Below, piece after piece: positions 36,841 through 47,036 of a stretch of DNA of 64,000 nt (its first letter is position 1; every line of letters starts with the position of its first letter). The position numbers and the translations under genes are program-made. The DNA lies in NCBI GenBank assembly GCA_951812625.1, contig CATOSP010000001.1, positions 200,065 through 264,064 of the forward strand, read 5' to 3'. Source of the DNA: an uncultured Dehalococcoidia bacterium (lineage in GTDB: Bacteria; Chloroflexota; Dehalococcoidia; Lucifugimonadales; UBA3495). The notes under the pieces are model-generated. The model was not told the DNA's origin. It made no database searches and saw only the letters and a program-made list of their open reading frames with translations.

Positions 36841-37935
36841 TCATAGCACGCCGCTTGCCTCCCGGTAAGCGCCGGTCAACACATTCAAAACTCTGTCTGT
36901 CAGTTCATCGGGTACGGCATAGTACGATTCGGCTAAAGGATCCGGCCCCACAATTTCCTCTAGCGGCGGCACTGACTCAGGAGCAAGCCTTTTGATCGCT
37001 GAAACGTTTATTCCAATTAGTCCTTTTCTCCCGAGATTGTAGTAAATGATCGCAAGTCTTTGATTGACAGTCGGCAACGTGGGCCACAAGTTAGTCGAGC
37101 TTTTGCCCCGTTTTGTCGTAAGGGACGCCAGACCCCCTTCTTCCAGTTCTACCGCCCACTCGCAGAGGAGGGTCAACTTTTCTCTAATTTCCTCTGGACC
37201 GGCATCAACAGCATCACGGAACACCTCGGCACCCGAGAATGTTTCTGGCTGCCGGGACTCTTGCTTTTCTGCTTCCTTCTCCCGGTCTCGCAGTCGGACC
37301 ATGTAGTCTGACGCTTCTGGCACCGGGATAACTTGGCTTCTTTCCACGAACAGCTCATCGCCTACTCTGGAGGGCTGTAACTTGACACAGGTGATATCTA
37401 TGTCCCTCTGGTTAAGCCACAATACATGCGTGGTCAACTCTTTGGAAAAGTTAGCTGACACCAGGATAATCCGCGGGTTGCCCGTGCTTATGTGGATTTC
37501 CTCGTCGTCCGAGCCTAGGTGTTCCCGGATACGGGACTGCGCATCCTCGCTGATCCCCCGTTTCTGAATATAGCGACGGTGGGCTTCAACCACCTGTTCC
37601 ACTGTCATGTTGGCGACCATCGATGCGTATCGCGTCGCTTGCATGTCCATGAAGCTATCCCGATCGCTCCGCTTGAGTTCAACGACCACTAGCCGTCCAT
37701 TCTCGTCCAGAGCCAACAGGTCAATCCAGCGGTTGGATTCCTGCCAATCACCGTACTCATCGGATACGATGAGCAACCCTTCCTCCAGAACATCGGGCTG
37801 GTCACGAAGAATTCTCTGGAGGTCTTCCCGCTCTCTAATGTTCTCGGCCTCGAAAGAGGTCTCGGGCAACTCCTCGAACTTTTCACCGGTCATCCCGGTA
37901 CACGGCCATTTGAACCACTCCCAACCCTTGTTCAC
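36841..37935 (-). CDS. NucS/DUF91-like PD-(D/E)xK nuclease-domain protein
   Basis: WIDLLALDENGRLVVVELKR...ATRY. A/T-richer than its flanks. The likely start is MTGEKF at 37893. Confidence 0.6.
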   Translation of the reverse strand: MNKGWEWFKWPCTGMTGEKFEELPETSFEAENIREREDLQRILRDQPDVLEEGLLIVSDEYGDWQESNRWIDLLALDENGRLVVVELKRSDRDSFMDMQATRYASMVANMTVEQVVEAHRRYIQKRGISEDAQSRIREHLGSDDEEIHISTGNPRIILVSANFSKELTTHVLWLNQRDIDITCVKLQPSRVGDELFVERSQVIPVPEASDYMVRLRDREKEAEKQESRQPETFSGAEVFRDAVDAGPEEIREKLTLLCEWAVELEEGGLASLTTKRGKSSTNLWPTLPTVNQRLAIIYYNLGRKGLIGINVSAIKRLAPESVPPLEEIVGPDPLAESYYAVPDELTDRVLNVLTGAYREASGVL

Positions 37936-38000
37936 ATTGCCTAATGACTACTGGCAGCCCCCGGAACCGAGCGGCGGAAGCTGCCAGACATATCATTGTC

Positions 38001-39080
38001 CTACGTCAGATCTTCAACCTTCGGCCCGACCTCCTCCTTCAACAGGCGCAGGGAACGCTGCATCAGCGAATGGTCATCCGGGTCCTGGGTAATGGCCAGG
38101 AGGTGCCCGAACCCGCCCACCTCCTCGTAGCTCTTCCGGATCTTGTCCGCGCACTCCTGCGGGTCGCCGACGATCCAGACGTTCTCGATCATGTAGTCAA
38201 CGTCCACCGCCTCGTCGGGCATGTCCGGGTCCACCTTCACGTATGCCAGGTTGCCCCCGGCCTTGCGGTTGATGTACTGGTGCTCATCGAACGGACGCCC
38301 CAGCACGACCCGCGCCTCTTCCCTGGCCGACTCGGGAGTCTCACCGACGTAGACCTCCCGGCCAACGCGAAGCTCGCTCCGGTCCGGCGTCCTTCCCGTA
38401 ACGGCCGCGCCTTCCTCGACCCGCTGCCACAACTCCTCGATGTGCTGGTCCATCAGGTTCGTCATGGGTATCCAGCCCCGCTCTCCGGCCATGCGCAGCG
38501 TCTCCGAGGTGGGGGTCGAGGCCGCCACGCCGATGGGCGGGTGCGGCTTCTGGAACGGCTTGTAGTGAAGACGCCGCTCCAGCACCGGGTCCGTCTCCGG
38601 CGCGTGTACCTGGTAATACTTGCCCTCATACCCGAACTTCCCGTCCTCCGCCTCCCACAGCCCCAGCACAATGTCCAGCGCCTCCTTGCCCTGCTCCCGC
38701 ACATCGTCCATCGAGTTGTACTCGATGCCGTAAAGGTGCAGGTCGGTGGGCAGCGAGCGCACCCCGATGCCCCAGTAGAACCGGCCCCGCGCCATGTGGT
38801 CCAGCATCGCTATCCGGTGGGCGGTGTCCACCGGGTGGTGCAGCGGCAGCATCGTCACGCCCGTGGCCAGCACAATGTTTTCCGTCAACGCCAGCGCCTG
38901 CGCTATCAGAAGCTCCGGAACCGGGGCGTTCTCCCACATCTCCGTGATGTGCTCCCCGATCCATGCCTCGTGATAGCCCAGCTTGTCCGCCAGTACGATC
39001 AGATCCATGTCTCGGTCATAAGAGTCGGCGTAAGACCGCCGTGGGGGATGCAGCGGCATCATAAACAGTCCGAATTCCAT
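38001..39080 (-). CDS. LLM-class flavin-dependent oxidoreductase
   Basis: MEFGLFMMP...GYHEAWIGEH... LLM pattern. Confidence 0.85.
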   Translation of the reverse strand: MEFGLFMMPLHPPRRSYADSYDRDMDLIVLADKLGYHEAWIGEHITEMWENAPVPELLIAQALALTENIVLATGVTMLPLHHPVDTAHRIAMLDHMARGRFYWGIGVRSLPTDLHLYGIEYNSMDDVREQGKEALDIVLGLWEAEDGKFGYEGKYYQVHAPETDPVLERRLHYKPFQKPHPPIGVAASTPTSETLRMAGERGWIPMTNLMDQHIEELWQRVEEGAAVTGRTPDRSELRVGREVYVGETPESAREEARVVLGRPFDEHQYINRKAGGNLAYVKVDPDMPDEAVDVDYMIENVWIVGDPQECADKIRKSYEEVGGFGHLLAITQDPDDHSLMQRSLRLLKEEVGPKVEDLT

Positions 39081-39317
39081 GTCTCCCGTCTCCTCTGCTG
39101 CCGGTAAGCGGTTGAGGGCATCTGCGTCGGAACCCAGAGCCAGCCAGCCCCATCCCGGCGAAATTGCGCCAATGTCCTCGGTCTATGGGTGGTAGTCTGT
39201 GAATGGATTGTAGGTACGCCCCCCAACCGGGTCAAGCCAAAGACCAGAGGGTTCCGTTTGCTTGTAGAGTATGGAGATTAGGGAGCGTGCGGCTCCCGAA
39301 TCCATAGAGGACATGGG

Positions 39318-40472
39318 CTAGGATTGATCTGTCGAGCGGCGTTCCCCGATCACTACGAAGCCGTGTGGGTTCATCAATCGATATGTCCGGCCATTCCGAT
39401 GGATGTCACCATTCACGCTGATTTCAAGGCTATCACGAAAAGCGCGCACAACTTCCTCTCGGTCTGAAATTTCAAACTGGACATGCAACGCAACGGGCCG
39501 ACCATCAAGTTCGAACAACACCAGTGAATGACCGTCGAACTCTTCCTGAGATTCACGGTCCAGCCGGACTATTTCACCGGTTACATGTGCATCAAGAAAC
39601 GGACTGTTTCGGCGTAAGAACTCCGCTCCTTCTGTGAACACGTCAGCCGCGCTTTCCGTAAATGCATACTCGCCGCCGGGGACCTCGGCAGGTCGCACCT
39701 CTGCCCACGACAAGCTGATCCCGATGCCGCTTCCACAACGTGCCAGAGCTGCTACCGCATCATAGAGATTGGCATTGACGGCTTGAGGTGTCCCTCGGTC
39801 AATGACTTGCGAAATCCGCTCACCGGCGAAAATCGCCTCAGCAGTTCTACTAGCCTCACGTAATCCGGCGTCAAGGGCAATGGTAACGCGACGAGCGAAA
39901 GGTGCCCGAATGGGGTCGCCCATATCCAACTGGACTCCGTACCCGGACTGCACATGGGAATGCAGTATCAACTCAGGTCCAGCCTCATATCCGGGCAATG
40001 GCCGGACTCTCTGCACGTACTCCGTCACTTCCCCACTGGCTCTGCCACGATACACTGGCTGGCCGGGGCGTTCAGCGGCGCGAGCCGCTGCGGTCATGAG
40101 GTCACGGGAACGTGTGAGAAAATCCACGCTGTCGCCCAGGGTCCAGCCAGATTGACCGACCCCGTTCAGCGGTCGCAATCGAATGACATCAGCTCCAGCA
40201 CCGAGTAGGTCGTAGTAGACGTCAATCTCGGAACGCTCTTCTACCTCGGCGAGTAACGATACAGCTTCGGAAACCCGCACGGCATAGGCGTCGGATTGTT
40301 CCCGCAGCGGCATCAATATCTCTCTGTATTGGCCATTGTGTCTACCTGACCACACAACAATCCGGTCTCGCCACACCTGTTCATCAACCCACTCGTGGGC
40401 ATCAAGGTAGGCACGTAGCATGGTGGGGGACACGCGCCTCAGTGCCCTGGCGTCCTTAATTTGTACATCCAT
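39318..40472 (-). CDS. Unknown protein (385 aa from MDVQIKD), downstream partner of the DUF4365 gene
   Basis: GGAGG RBS 6 nt before the ATG at 40472, 11 nt after the DUF4365 stop. No motif recognised. Confidence 0.55.
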   Translation of the reverse strand: MDVQIKDARALRRVSPTMLRAYLDAHEWVDEQVWRDRIVVWSGRHNGQYREILMPLREQSDAYAVRVSEAVSLLAEVEERSEIDVYYDLLGAGADVIRLRPLNGVGQSGWTLGDSVDFLTRSRDLMTAAARAAERPGQPVYRGRASGEVTEYVQRVRPLPGYEAGPELILHSHVQSGYGVQLDMGDPIRAPFARRVTIALDAGLREASRTAEAIFAGERISQVIDRGTPQAVNANLYDAVAALARCGSGIGISLSWAEVRPAEVPGGEYAFTESAADVFTEGAEFLRRNSPFLDAHVTGEIVRLDRESQEEFDGHSLVLFELDGRPVALHVQFEISDREEVVRAFRDSLEISVNGDIHRNGRTYRLMNPHGFVVIGERRSTDQS

Positions 40473-40483
40473 ATCAGCCTCCG

Positions 40484-40954
40484 TTACACCAATAGTCGGC
40501 GAAACATATCCGACAGGCCGTCTACGTCGAACACATTGCTCAATGGCACGGAAACCCGGACAGTCCTCACATTCCCTGAAGGTACTCCTCCCATTAGGGA
40601 AACCCAATATGCGCACTTGCGCAGACATAGCTCCTCAAGGCTCTTGACAAGCCATTGAGAGGGATCCTCAGGCATAATGAACAAGATCAAAACTCTGGGA
40701 AGGCCATCGTCTCTCACCAATTGGTTAAAGTTCTCAACCCGCAGGTCATACCTGATTTCCCCGCCCGTGATTTCGTAGTTGGTTGTGGCCTTGAGTTGAA
40801 AGTCAATCTTGTTGATTCCGCGGCCGTAAGATTCAACCGTTCCATCGATACCATGGTCGTCGACCACTGGAACACTCAAGCTATACCCGGCTCGGAAGAT
40901 CACAGCCCTAACAAATGCCCAGGACAGTTGCTCCTGGATAAAGTTGGGAGACAT
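40484..40954 (-). CDS. DUF4365-like restriction-endonuclease-fold protein
   Basis: VVDDHGIDGTVES...IDFQLKAT is a D...(D/E)xK-type core typical of DUF4365. The likely start is MSPNFIQ. Confidence 0.55.
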   Translation of the reverse strand: MSPNFIQEQLSWAFVRAVIFRAGYSLSVPVVDDHGIDGTVESYGRGINKIDFQLKATTNYEITGGEIRYDLRVENFNQLVRDDGLPRVLILFIMPEDPSQWLVKSLEELCLRKCAYWVSLMGGVPSGNVRTVRVSVPLSNVFDVDGLSDMFRRLLV

Positions 40955-41238
40955 CCTGCTCAATCCCACTCCACATTGCCAAGAAGACCACTGCGCCACC
41001 CTGATCACTATGACGGCGACAAGATTATACAGTCCTGCGATTGGGCAGGCACGCGGCGTCTGTCATCCACCATGACCCAAACTACGCTCTGCGCCTGCCG
41101 ATGGTTCCCAACGCCGGTCCAGCACAAAGGAGTCACCACCCTAACTGAAACCCCCTCCCACCTCTCCCCTGGGGCTTGCCACTAGCCGCGTCACGCCCTA
41201 AAGTAGGGGCGCCATCATCCCCAACCAGGGAGGTCAAC

Positions 41239-42339
41239 ATGCGACTCGACCCCATCAACCTCTACGACTACGAGGAACGTGCCAAACTGGCCTTGCCCCA
41301 CGACGATTGGGACACCATCGACGCCGGGGCAATGGACATGTTCACCACCCGGCGCAACCGCACCGCCTTCGAGGAACTCACCCTGCGCCCCAGGTTCCTC
41401 CGCGACACCGGCGAGCGCGACCTGTCGACCACCATGCTGGGCAATGAACTCAGTATGCCCGTCTTCGTCTGCCCCGCCGGTTCCCACCACCGCGCCCACC
41501 CCGAGGGAGAGGTGGCCACCGCTCGCGGCGCAAGCATGTCCAACACCCTGATGATGCTCAGCACCGGCTCCAATTGCAGCATGGAAGAGGTCGCCGAGGA
41601 AGCCACCAGCCCCCTCTTCTTCCAGCTTTACCACCGGGGCTACGACCTAACCGAGATGCTGGTCCGCCGCGCCGAGGAGGCCGGGTTCAAGGCCATCACC
41701 CTGACTGTGGACACGCCCGCCCCCAGCCCCAAGGAGCGCGACCTGCGCAACCGCTACAACCGGAACTTCGAGCAGGGCAACTTCCGTGGCGTCAACAAGC
41801 CGGAAAACGTCCTGCGGGGCACCGACGAGTCTGTCGGCTGGAACGTCAACCGGACTGTGCCCCTGTCCTGGCAGGAGCTTGAATGGCTCCGGGGACTCAC
41901 CGGCCTGCCCCTGGTGCTCAAGGGCATCCGCACCGCCGAGGACGCCCACATTGCCGCCGAGAGCGGCGTGGACGGTGTACTGGTATCCACCCACGGCGGC
42001 CGTCAGCTCGACATGACAATGGGCGCAATCGAAATGGTCCCCGAGGTGGTCGATGCGGTCAAGGGCAACTGCGAAGTCTACGTTGACTCCGGCGTCCGCC
42101 GGGGCAGCGACGTAGTGAAAGCGCTGGCCCTGGGCGCAAAGGCCGTCGGCATCGGGCGTCCCCTCTTCTGGGGACTGGCCGTCAACGGTGCCGAGGGTGT
42201 TCACGGCGTCCTGGAACTGCTTCGGGAAGAGGTCGATCGGGCCATGGCCTACTGCGGCCAGACATCCGTCCAGGACCTTGAGCCGAATCTGGTCAACGTC
42301 CCCCAGGGCTGGGGTGCCCCGCCCCAACCCGACTTCTAA
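41239..42339 (+). CDS. FMN-dependent alpha-hydroxy-acid oxidase/dehydrogenase (LldD / glycolate oxidase family)
   Basis: TLTVDTP, VLKGI, VSTHGGRQLD and GIGRP motifs. GGGAGG RBS before the ATG at 41239. Confidence 0.85.
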   Translation: MRLDPINLYDYEERAKLALPHDDWDTIDAGAMDMFTTRRNRTAFEELTLRPRFLRDTGERDLSTTMLGNELSMPVFVCPAGSHHRAHPEGEVATARGASMSNTLMMLSTGSNCSMEEVAEEATSPLFFQLYHRGYDLTEMLVRRAEEAGFKAITLTVDTPAPSPKERDLRNRYNRNFEQGNFRGVNKPENVLRGTDESVGWNVNRTVPLSWQELEWLRGLTGLPLVLKGIRTAEDAHIAAESGVDGVLVSTHGGRQLDMTMGAIEMVPEVVDAVKGNCEVYVDSGVRRGSDVVKALALGAKAVGIGRPLFWGLAVNGAEGVHGVLELLREEVDRAMAYCGQTSVQDLEPNLVNVPQGWGAPPQPDF

Positions 42340-42351
42340 CCAAACCGCTGC

Positions 42352-42378
42352 GGGGGAGACAACTTCATCGTCTCCCCC
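42352..42378 (+). terminator. Hairpin downstream of the hydroxy-acid oxidase gene
   Basis: GGGGGAGAC-N9-GTCTCCCCC. Confidence 0.5.
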
Positions 42379-42489
42379 ATCGCCAACCCGGCCACCAATA
42401 ACCTAATCCCAAAAACAAGTGATACCCTGCATATTAGCTATGGAAATCCCATACCTGTGTGGATATTAGGATAGGCTCCACGTCAGATT

Positions 42490-43189
42490 ATGCCAGTTAT
42501 GGGCAACTCTATATACAACGTGTTCGGAATACTCGACTCATCCTTCGATTTAGAACTGATCGGTGAACATTTGGGCCTAGTCGATGAACAAGGGGAGCAG
42601 TACCGCAAAACGGCGGAGGACATTCTCGAGACTTTGCTGGAGGAATTGCCTGCTCACAGCCGAAATGACCGGCAAGCTTGGTCACAGTTTGCACATGGAA
42701 TCCACGATGGCTTGGTGGAACACCACCTTCCGCGCATCCTCTACAATCCTTTCCTAGTTTCCATGTACGCCGTATATGAATCAGCAGTAACAAGAAATCG
42801 CTAGTATCGTGCAAGAGAGGAAAGGACTGGAAACCCCTCTGAATGCCGGGAAAGGAGATTTCCTGGGCCGCGCAAGAAAATACTATCGGGACGATCTCAA
42901 TCTCGAATTATCAAGTAGCAACCAGTCTTGGGAGAGGTTGAAGATTCTTGCTATGCTTCGTAACGCTATCGTCCATGCGAACGGTCATCTCGATAGGGTC
43001 AACCCCCAAAACCGCAAGAAAATCTTTAAGTGGATTGAGCAGGATATAGGAATTGAAGACTACGACGGAGAATTGACTGTCAACGGGTCGTTCGTCAGGA
43101 AAACGTTTCAGATTGTAAAAGGCGATTTGGAAGACCTGATTAACAGATTCAAGAAGAATCACAGTCCCGGTTGGACCGTCAGCAAATGA
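42490..43189 (+). pseudogene. HEPN-domain gene split by a +1 frameshift (ORFs 42490..42804 and 42809..43189)
   Basis: The second ORF carries LRNAIVHANG, with the Rx4H motif at 42959-42976. Skipping one A in ACAAGAAATC (42790-42799) joins ..YESAVT to EIASIVQERKG. A/T-rich islet. Confidence 0.55.
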
Positions 43190-43377
43190 TTAGGAAAGTA
43201 GCACGCGACTACCTACATCAAAATACGGCCCTGAACCACGCCGACGCTCTTGAGTTACTGAACCAATAAGAGCCTGTCCCAAAATCGAGTTATGGCCTTT
43301 ATCTCGGCCATGAAATATCATAGACGAAGACGTTACGCTTTGTAGGATAGGCTCAAACCCAGGAGGTAGACCCGACA

Positions 43378-44706
43378 ATGGTGGAATTCCGCCCCTTCCG
43401 GGCATGGCGGTACAACCCCGTCGTAGTGGGGGACCTGTCATCCGTCGTCTGCCCACCCTACGACCTGATAACCCCCGAGCTTCAGCAGTCCCTCCTGCAA
43501 CTCAGTCCCTACAACGTGGTCCACCTGGAAGCGGGCGAGAGCTTGGACTGGCATGACCCCGCCGAGGGCCAGTACCGCCAGACCGCCGTGGTGTTCGACG
43601 AGTGGCAGTCCCAGGACGTGCTGCGCCGGGAGGACTCGCCCAGCTTCTACCTGCTGCGCCACACCTTCGAGTTCCAGGGCCAGCAGCGTACCCGCCTGGG
43701 CCTCACCGGCTGTGTCGGCCTTGCGCCCTACGGAGGCGGAAGCGGGGCGGCGGCGGGATCTAATGACGCAGGGCAGGTATTCCCCCATGAGTACACCGAA
43801 GAACCCGCCGTCATGGACCGGGTCTCCCTCATGCGCCAGTGCAGCGCCAACTTCAGCCCCATAATGTCCCTCTACCGCGACCCGGAAGGCTCCCTGGCCT
43901 CATTGCTCCAGCAGGTAATGGCCCAACCCCCGGTTATCGACATTACCGCCGACCAGTCCCAGGGCCTCACCCTCTGGCGCATCTCCGGCAGCGACGCCCT
44001 GCATCAGGTGCAGGACTTCTTCTCCCGCACCGCAGTGTTCCTCGCCGACGGCCACCACCGCTACGAGGCCGCGCTGCGCTTCCAGGGCGATCATGCAACG
44101 TCCCAGTCCGGCCAGATGGCGGGCCACGACTACGTGATGATGACCCTCATAGAGTTCTCCGACCCGGGCCTGATGGTCCTCCCCTACCACCGGGTCGTGG
44201 GCGGACTGTCCGAGCCGTCCCTGGGAAGACTTCTGGAGCGGTTGGGAGAGGTGTTCACCTCAGGGCCGATGGAGATGGAAGCGGGCCAGGACGTTGCCGG
44301 AGAGATGGCGGCGAAGGTCGCGGGATGCGGTCTGGACGAGAAGGTTGCCGGAATGATCGGCCCCGCCGGGAGCGGCCCGCAGATTCTGACGCTGAGGCCG
44401 GAACTGGACTGGCAGGCATGGGGCCCTCTGGCCGTCTCCGAGGCGTGGATACTGGAAGAGCAGGTGCTGAAGCCCGTCCTCGGAGAATCCCTGCCCCGGC
44501 ACGTCGGCTACATCCACGACCACGACGACGCTGCCAGGCAGGTGGCGTCAGGCGAGAGCCAGCTAGCATTCCTCCTCAAGCCCTTCCCCATGGGCCCCTT
44601 CGAGGAAATCGTCCGCCAGGGCCAGCGTCTGCCCCGCAAGTCCACCTTCTTCTATCCCAAGCTGCCCACCGGCCTCGTAATCAACCAACTGGACGACGCC
44701 CTCTAG
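43378..44706 (+). CDS. DUF1015 domain protein
   Basis: FRPFRAWRYNP......VVCPPYDLI N-terminus, 442 aa. Confidence 0.8.
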   Translation: MVEFRPFRAWRYNPVVVGDLSSVVCPPYDLITPELQQSLLQLSPYNVVHLEAGESLDWHDPAEGQYRQTAVVFDEWQSQDVLRREDSPSFYLLRHTFEFQGQQRTRLGLTGCVGLAPYGGGSGAAAGSNDAGQVFPHEYTEEPAVMDRVSLMRQCSANFSPIMSLYRDPEGSLASLLQQVMAQPPVIDITADQSQGLTLWRISGSDALHQVQDFFSRTAVFLADGHHRYEAALRFQGDHATSQSGQMAGHDYVMMTLIEFSDPGLMVLPYHRVVGGLSEPSLGRLLERLGEVFTSGPMEMEAGQDVAGEMAAKVAGCGLDEKVAGMIGPAGSGPQILTLRPELDWQAWGPLAVSEAWILEEQVLKPVLGESLPRHVGYIHDHDDAARQVASGESQLAFLLKPFPMGPFEEIVRQGQRLPRKSTFFYPKLPTGLVINQLDDAL

Positions 44707-44715
44707 CCCACCGGG

Positions 44716-44904
44716 TTAATCGTCGTCCCTCTTGCCGTTAGCACCGTTTGAGTCAGAGGGCGGTATCTCGATATCCGGCGGCAGCAACCCGTCCTCTATA
44801 AGTTGCTTGGCCCATTCCTCCCATTTACTTCGCTCCTCTTCCCTGCCCTGCCTGAACCGGCGTCTCAAATATCTCTCTGACAGCATTCTAAGCGCCTCTA
44901 CCAT
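44716..44904 (-). CDS. Small charged ORF (62 aa), unknown
   Basis: ORF only. It sits at the boundary of the accessory island. Confidence 0.25.
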   Translation of the reverse strand: MVEALRMLSERYLRRRFRQGREEERSKWEEWAKQLIEDGLLPPDIEIPPSDSNGANGKRDDD

Positions 44905-45050
44905 TACGATTGTTACGGCGGGGGCAAGGCCATCTGCGTACTAGCTGTCTTTTTTCGAGAGAAGTGCATAAGTTGGACTCAGGAACGAATCTGACAACCC
45001 GCTGACAACCAGACCGCCACCAATGTCCATCATCCTAGTACCGAACCAAA

Positions 45051-45419
45051 TCAGGATTGGCAGGGGTATAGACGGTGGAGTTTACGTCTGGCGTCTTGGG
45101 CAGTGAACCGCCAGTTAATGGTGGCCCCTGCCGCGTTCCGCTCTGACACACAGGCGCCGACTGCTCTTTCCAGGCTGTCCTCGTCGGCGTTGCGTCCGCG
45201 CAGGCAGGCTCGGGCCAGCACGCTGAACTCGATCTCCGCCATATTCAGCCAGCTTCCATGCTTGGGAGTGTGGTGGAACTCCAGCCGCTTGGCAATGCGC
45301 CGGGCCTCAGCGGCCGGAAAGGTCTCGTACAGGGACGCCATGCGATGGGTGTTCAGGTTGCCCAGCACCAGTCGGACCGCCGGGATGTCGGGGTAGGCCT
45401 CGTCCACCAGCCAGCGCAT
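45051..45419 (-). mobile_element. IS630-family transposase, C-terminal fragment only
   Basis: LGNLNTH....LEFHHTPKHGSWLNMAEIEFS is the DDE C-terminal region. About 200 N-terminal residues are missing. Confidence 0.75.
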
Positions 45420-45493
45420 CTGGTGGCAAAAGCCCCCGGAGACTCCACTGACCGGGCAAGCCGACCTGATGGGAACGGGGTATAATCCCCGGC

Positions 45494-46177
45494 ATGACGA
45501 TCACACAAGCACCCGACATGAACCAAGTCATGGAGACACTGGCCCGGTCCAGGCCCGTCTTTCACTCGGAGTCCGACTTCAAGCACGCCCTTTCCTGGCA
45601 GGTCCAGTCGGAACACCCAGCCATGAGGGTCAGGCAGGAGGTAGGGAATCTGATAGAGGGGCTGGATCGACGCTACGTGGACATCTGGTTCCCAGACTCC
45701 GGCACTGCTGTCGAGCTCAAGTACCGGACCACACCAGCAGCAATCCAGCTTGATGACGAGTACTTCGACCTGAAGGGGCAGGGAGCCACCCTCATCGGCA
45801 GATACGACTTCTGGCACGACGTCGCCAGACTGGAGGGATCAGTGATGAGTGGCAGGGCTCAACAGGCCTACGCCATTTTCCTTACCAACGACCACCTATA
45901 TTGGGACCCAGGGAGGCCGAACACCTATGACAGCGAGTTCCGTATACACGAGGGGAGGGAAGTTACGGCAACCCTGGCATGGGCACCCAAAACGGGGTCA
46001 GGGACGAAAAAAGACAGGGAAGCCCCGCTGACCCTCAGGGGCGCGTACCGAACTCACTGGGTGGAGTACTCAAAACCCCAGGGGAGGGGAAACACCAGAT
46101 TCAGGTACCTGTTACTCCATGTGAGCAACCAGATGGCTGACCGCGGGAGTGAGAAAGAAAGAGTGGGCGGAATGTAG
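45494..46177 (+). CDS. Unknown protein with a PD-(D/E)xK-like core
   Basis: SESDFKHAL...YVDIWFPDSGTAVELKY. TATAAT lies 12 nt upstream of the ATG. The ORF sits between two IS remnants. Confidence 0.5.
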   Translation: MTITQAPDMNQVMETLARSRPVFHSESDFKHALSWQVQSEHPAMRVRQEVGNLIEGLDRRYVDIWFPDSGTAVELKYRTTPAAIQLDDEYFDLKGQGATLIGRYDFWHDVARLEGSVMSGRAQQAYAIFLTNDHLYWDPGRPNTYDSEFRIHEGREVTATLAWAPKTGSGTKKDREAPLTLRGAYRTHWVEYSKPQGRGNTRFRYLLLHVSNQMADRGSEKERVGGM

Positions 46178-46449
46178 AACGCAACCCAATCCTTGCGAAG
46201 AAGGGACGCCCCCAAGTGCTGTAGTCGGCTTGGGCATCGGGGCTTTCGCACGACCAACTATTCCGCTTCAGTATCGGTGCGACACCAAAAGCGAGCAGAG
46301 ATGATTATCAGTCTAACGGTGGAGCCGACCAACAACGACCACAAGGTTTACCATACCAAGGAGCGGTGCCCGTCCAACCTCTTCCATCCTTTCTTCCTTC
46401 ACTATTCCCCTCCACTGCGTCAACCATCAGCTATTCATTCACCATTCTC

Positions 46450-46985
46450 TTATGCTCTCATCACAATTAAAAGACTCTGCAACTCGGGCCGGTTCCCCTT
46501 GACTCGCACCAGATAGTCCCGTCCGTGGCTGACTATGGCTTGGCACAGGTCCCGCTCCGCGTACAGTGCGCCATGGTCAGGAGCGCCAGGCCGGGATAGC
46601 GCTCGAACAGTTGCCCCAGTTGTTCCCGCAACACCCCGGGTTCGTACCTTTTCTCCGATGCCGGCCACTGAGCCAGGCACAGCTTCAGATCGTGGGCCAG
46701 CACGTTCACCATCACCAGGGGGTTGCCGCTTGCGTCCCCGGACTGCTTGGCCCACTTGCCGTCTACCGAGGCGTACATCTCCTGGTCCGACACCACCCCC
46801 GGGCCACCCATCCGGTCAGAGCCCCTGCAACTGCTCATACTGAACCCCGGCCAGGGTGCGGGAAATGTGCTGGCATGAGGCGGATGGTCCCGTACAAACC
46901 CGAGAGGTTCCTTCAGCACCGGCCAGTGCATCCTGGCGAAGAGGGAGATGTGGGCCATGGTGGTCTGACCACAGACCAAGCCCAC
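46450..46985 (-). mobile_element. ISAs1/IS4-like transposase remnant, frameshifted (ORFs 46533..46985 and 46450..46755)
   Basis: VDGKWAKQS...LVMVNVLAHDL in one frame. ALYAERDLCQAIVSHGRDYLVRVKGNRPEL in another. Confidence 0.6.
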
Positions 46986-47036
46986 TCGGACTCCTAGACC
47001 GACAGTCCCCCCGCACGGCTGCGATGTCTCCTGCAG

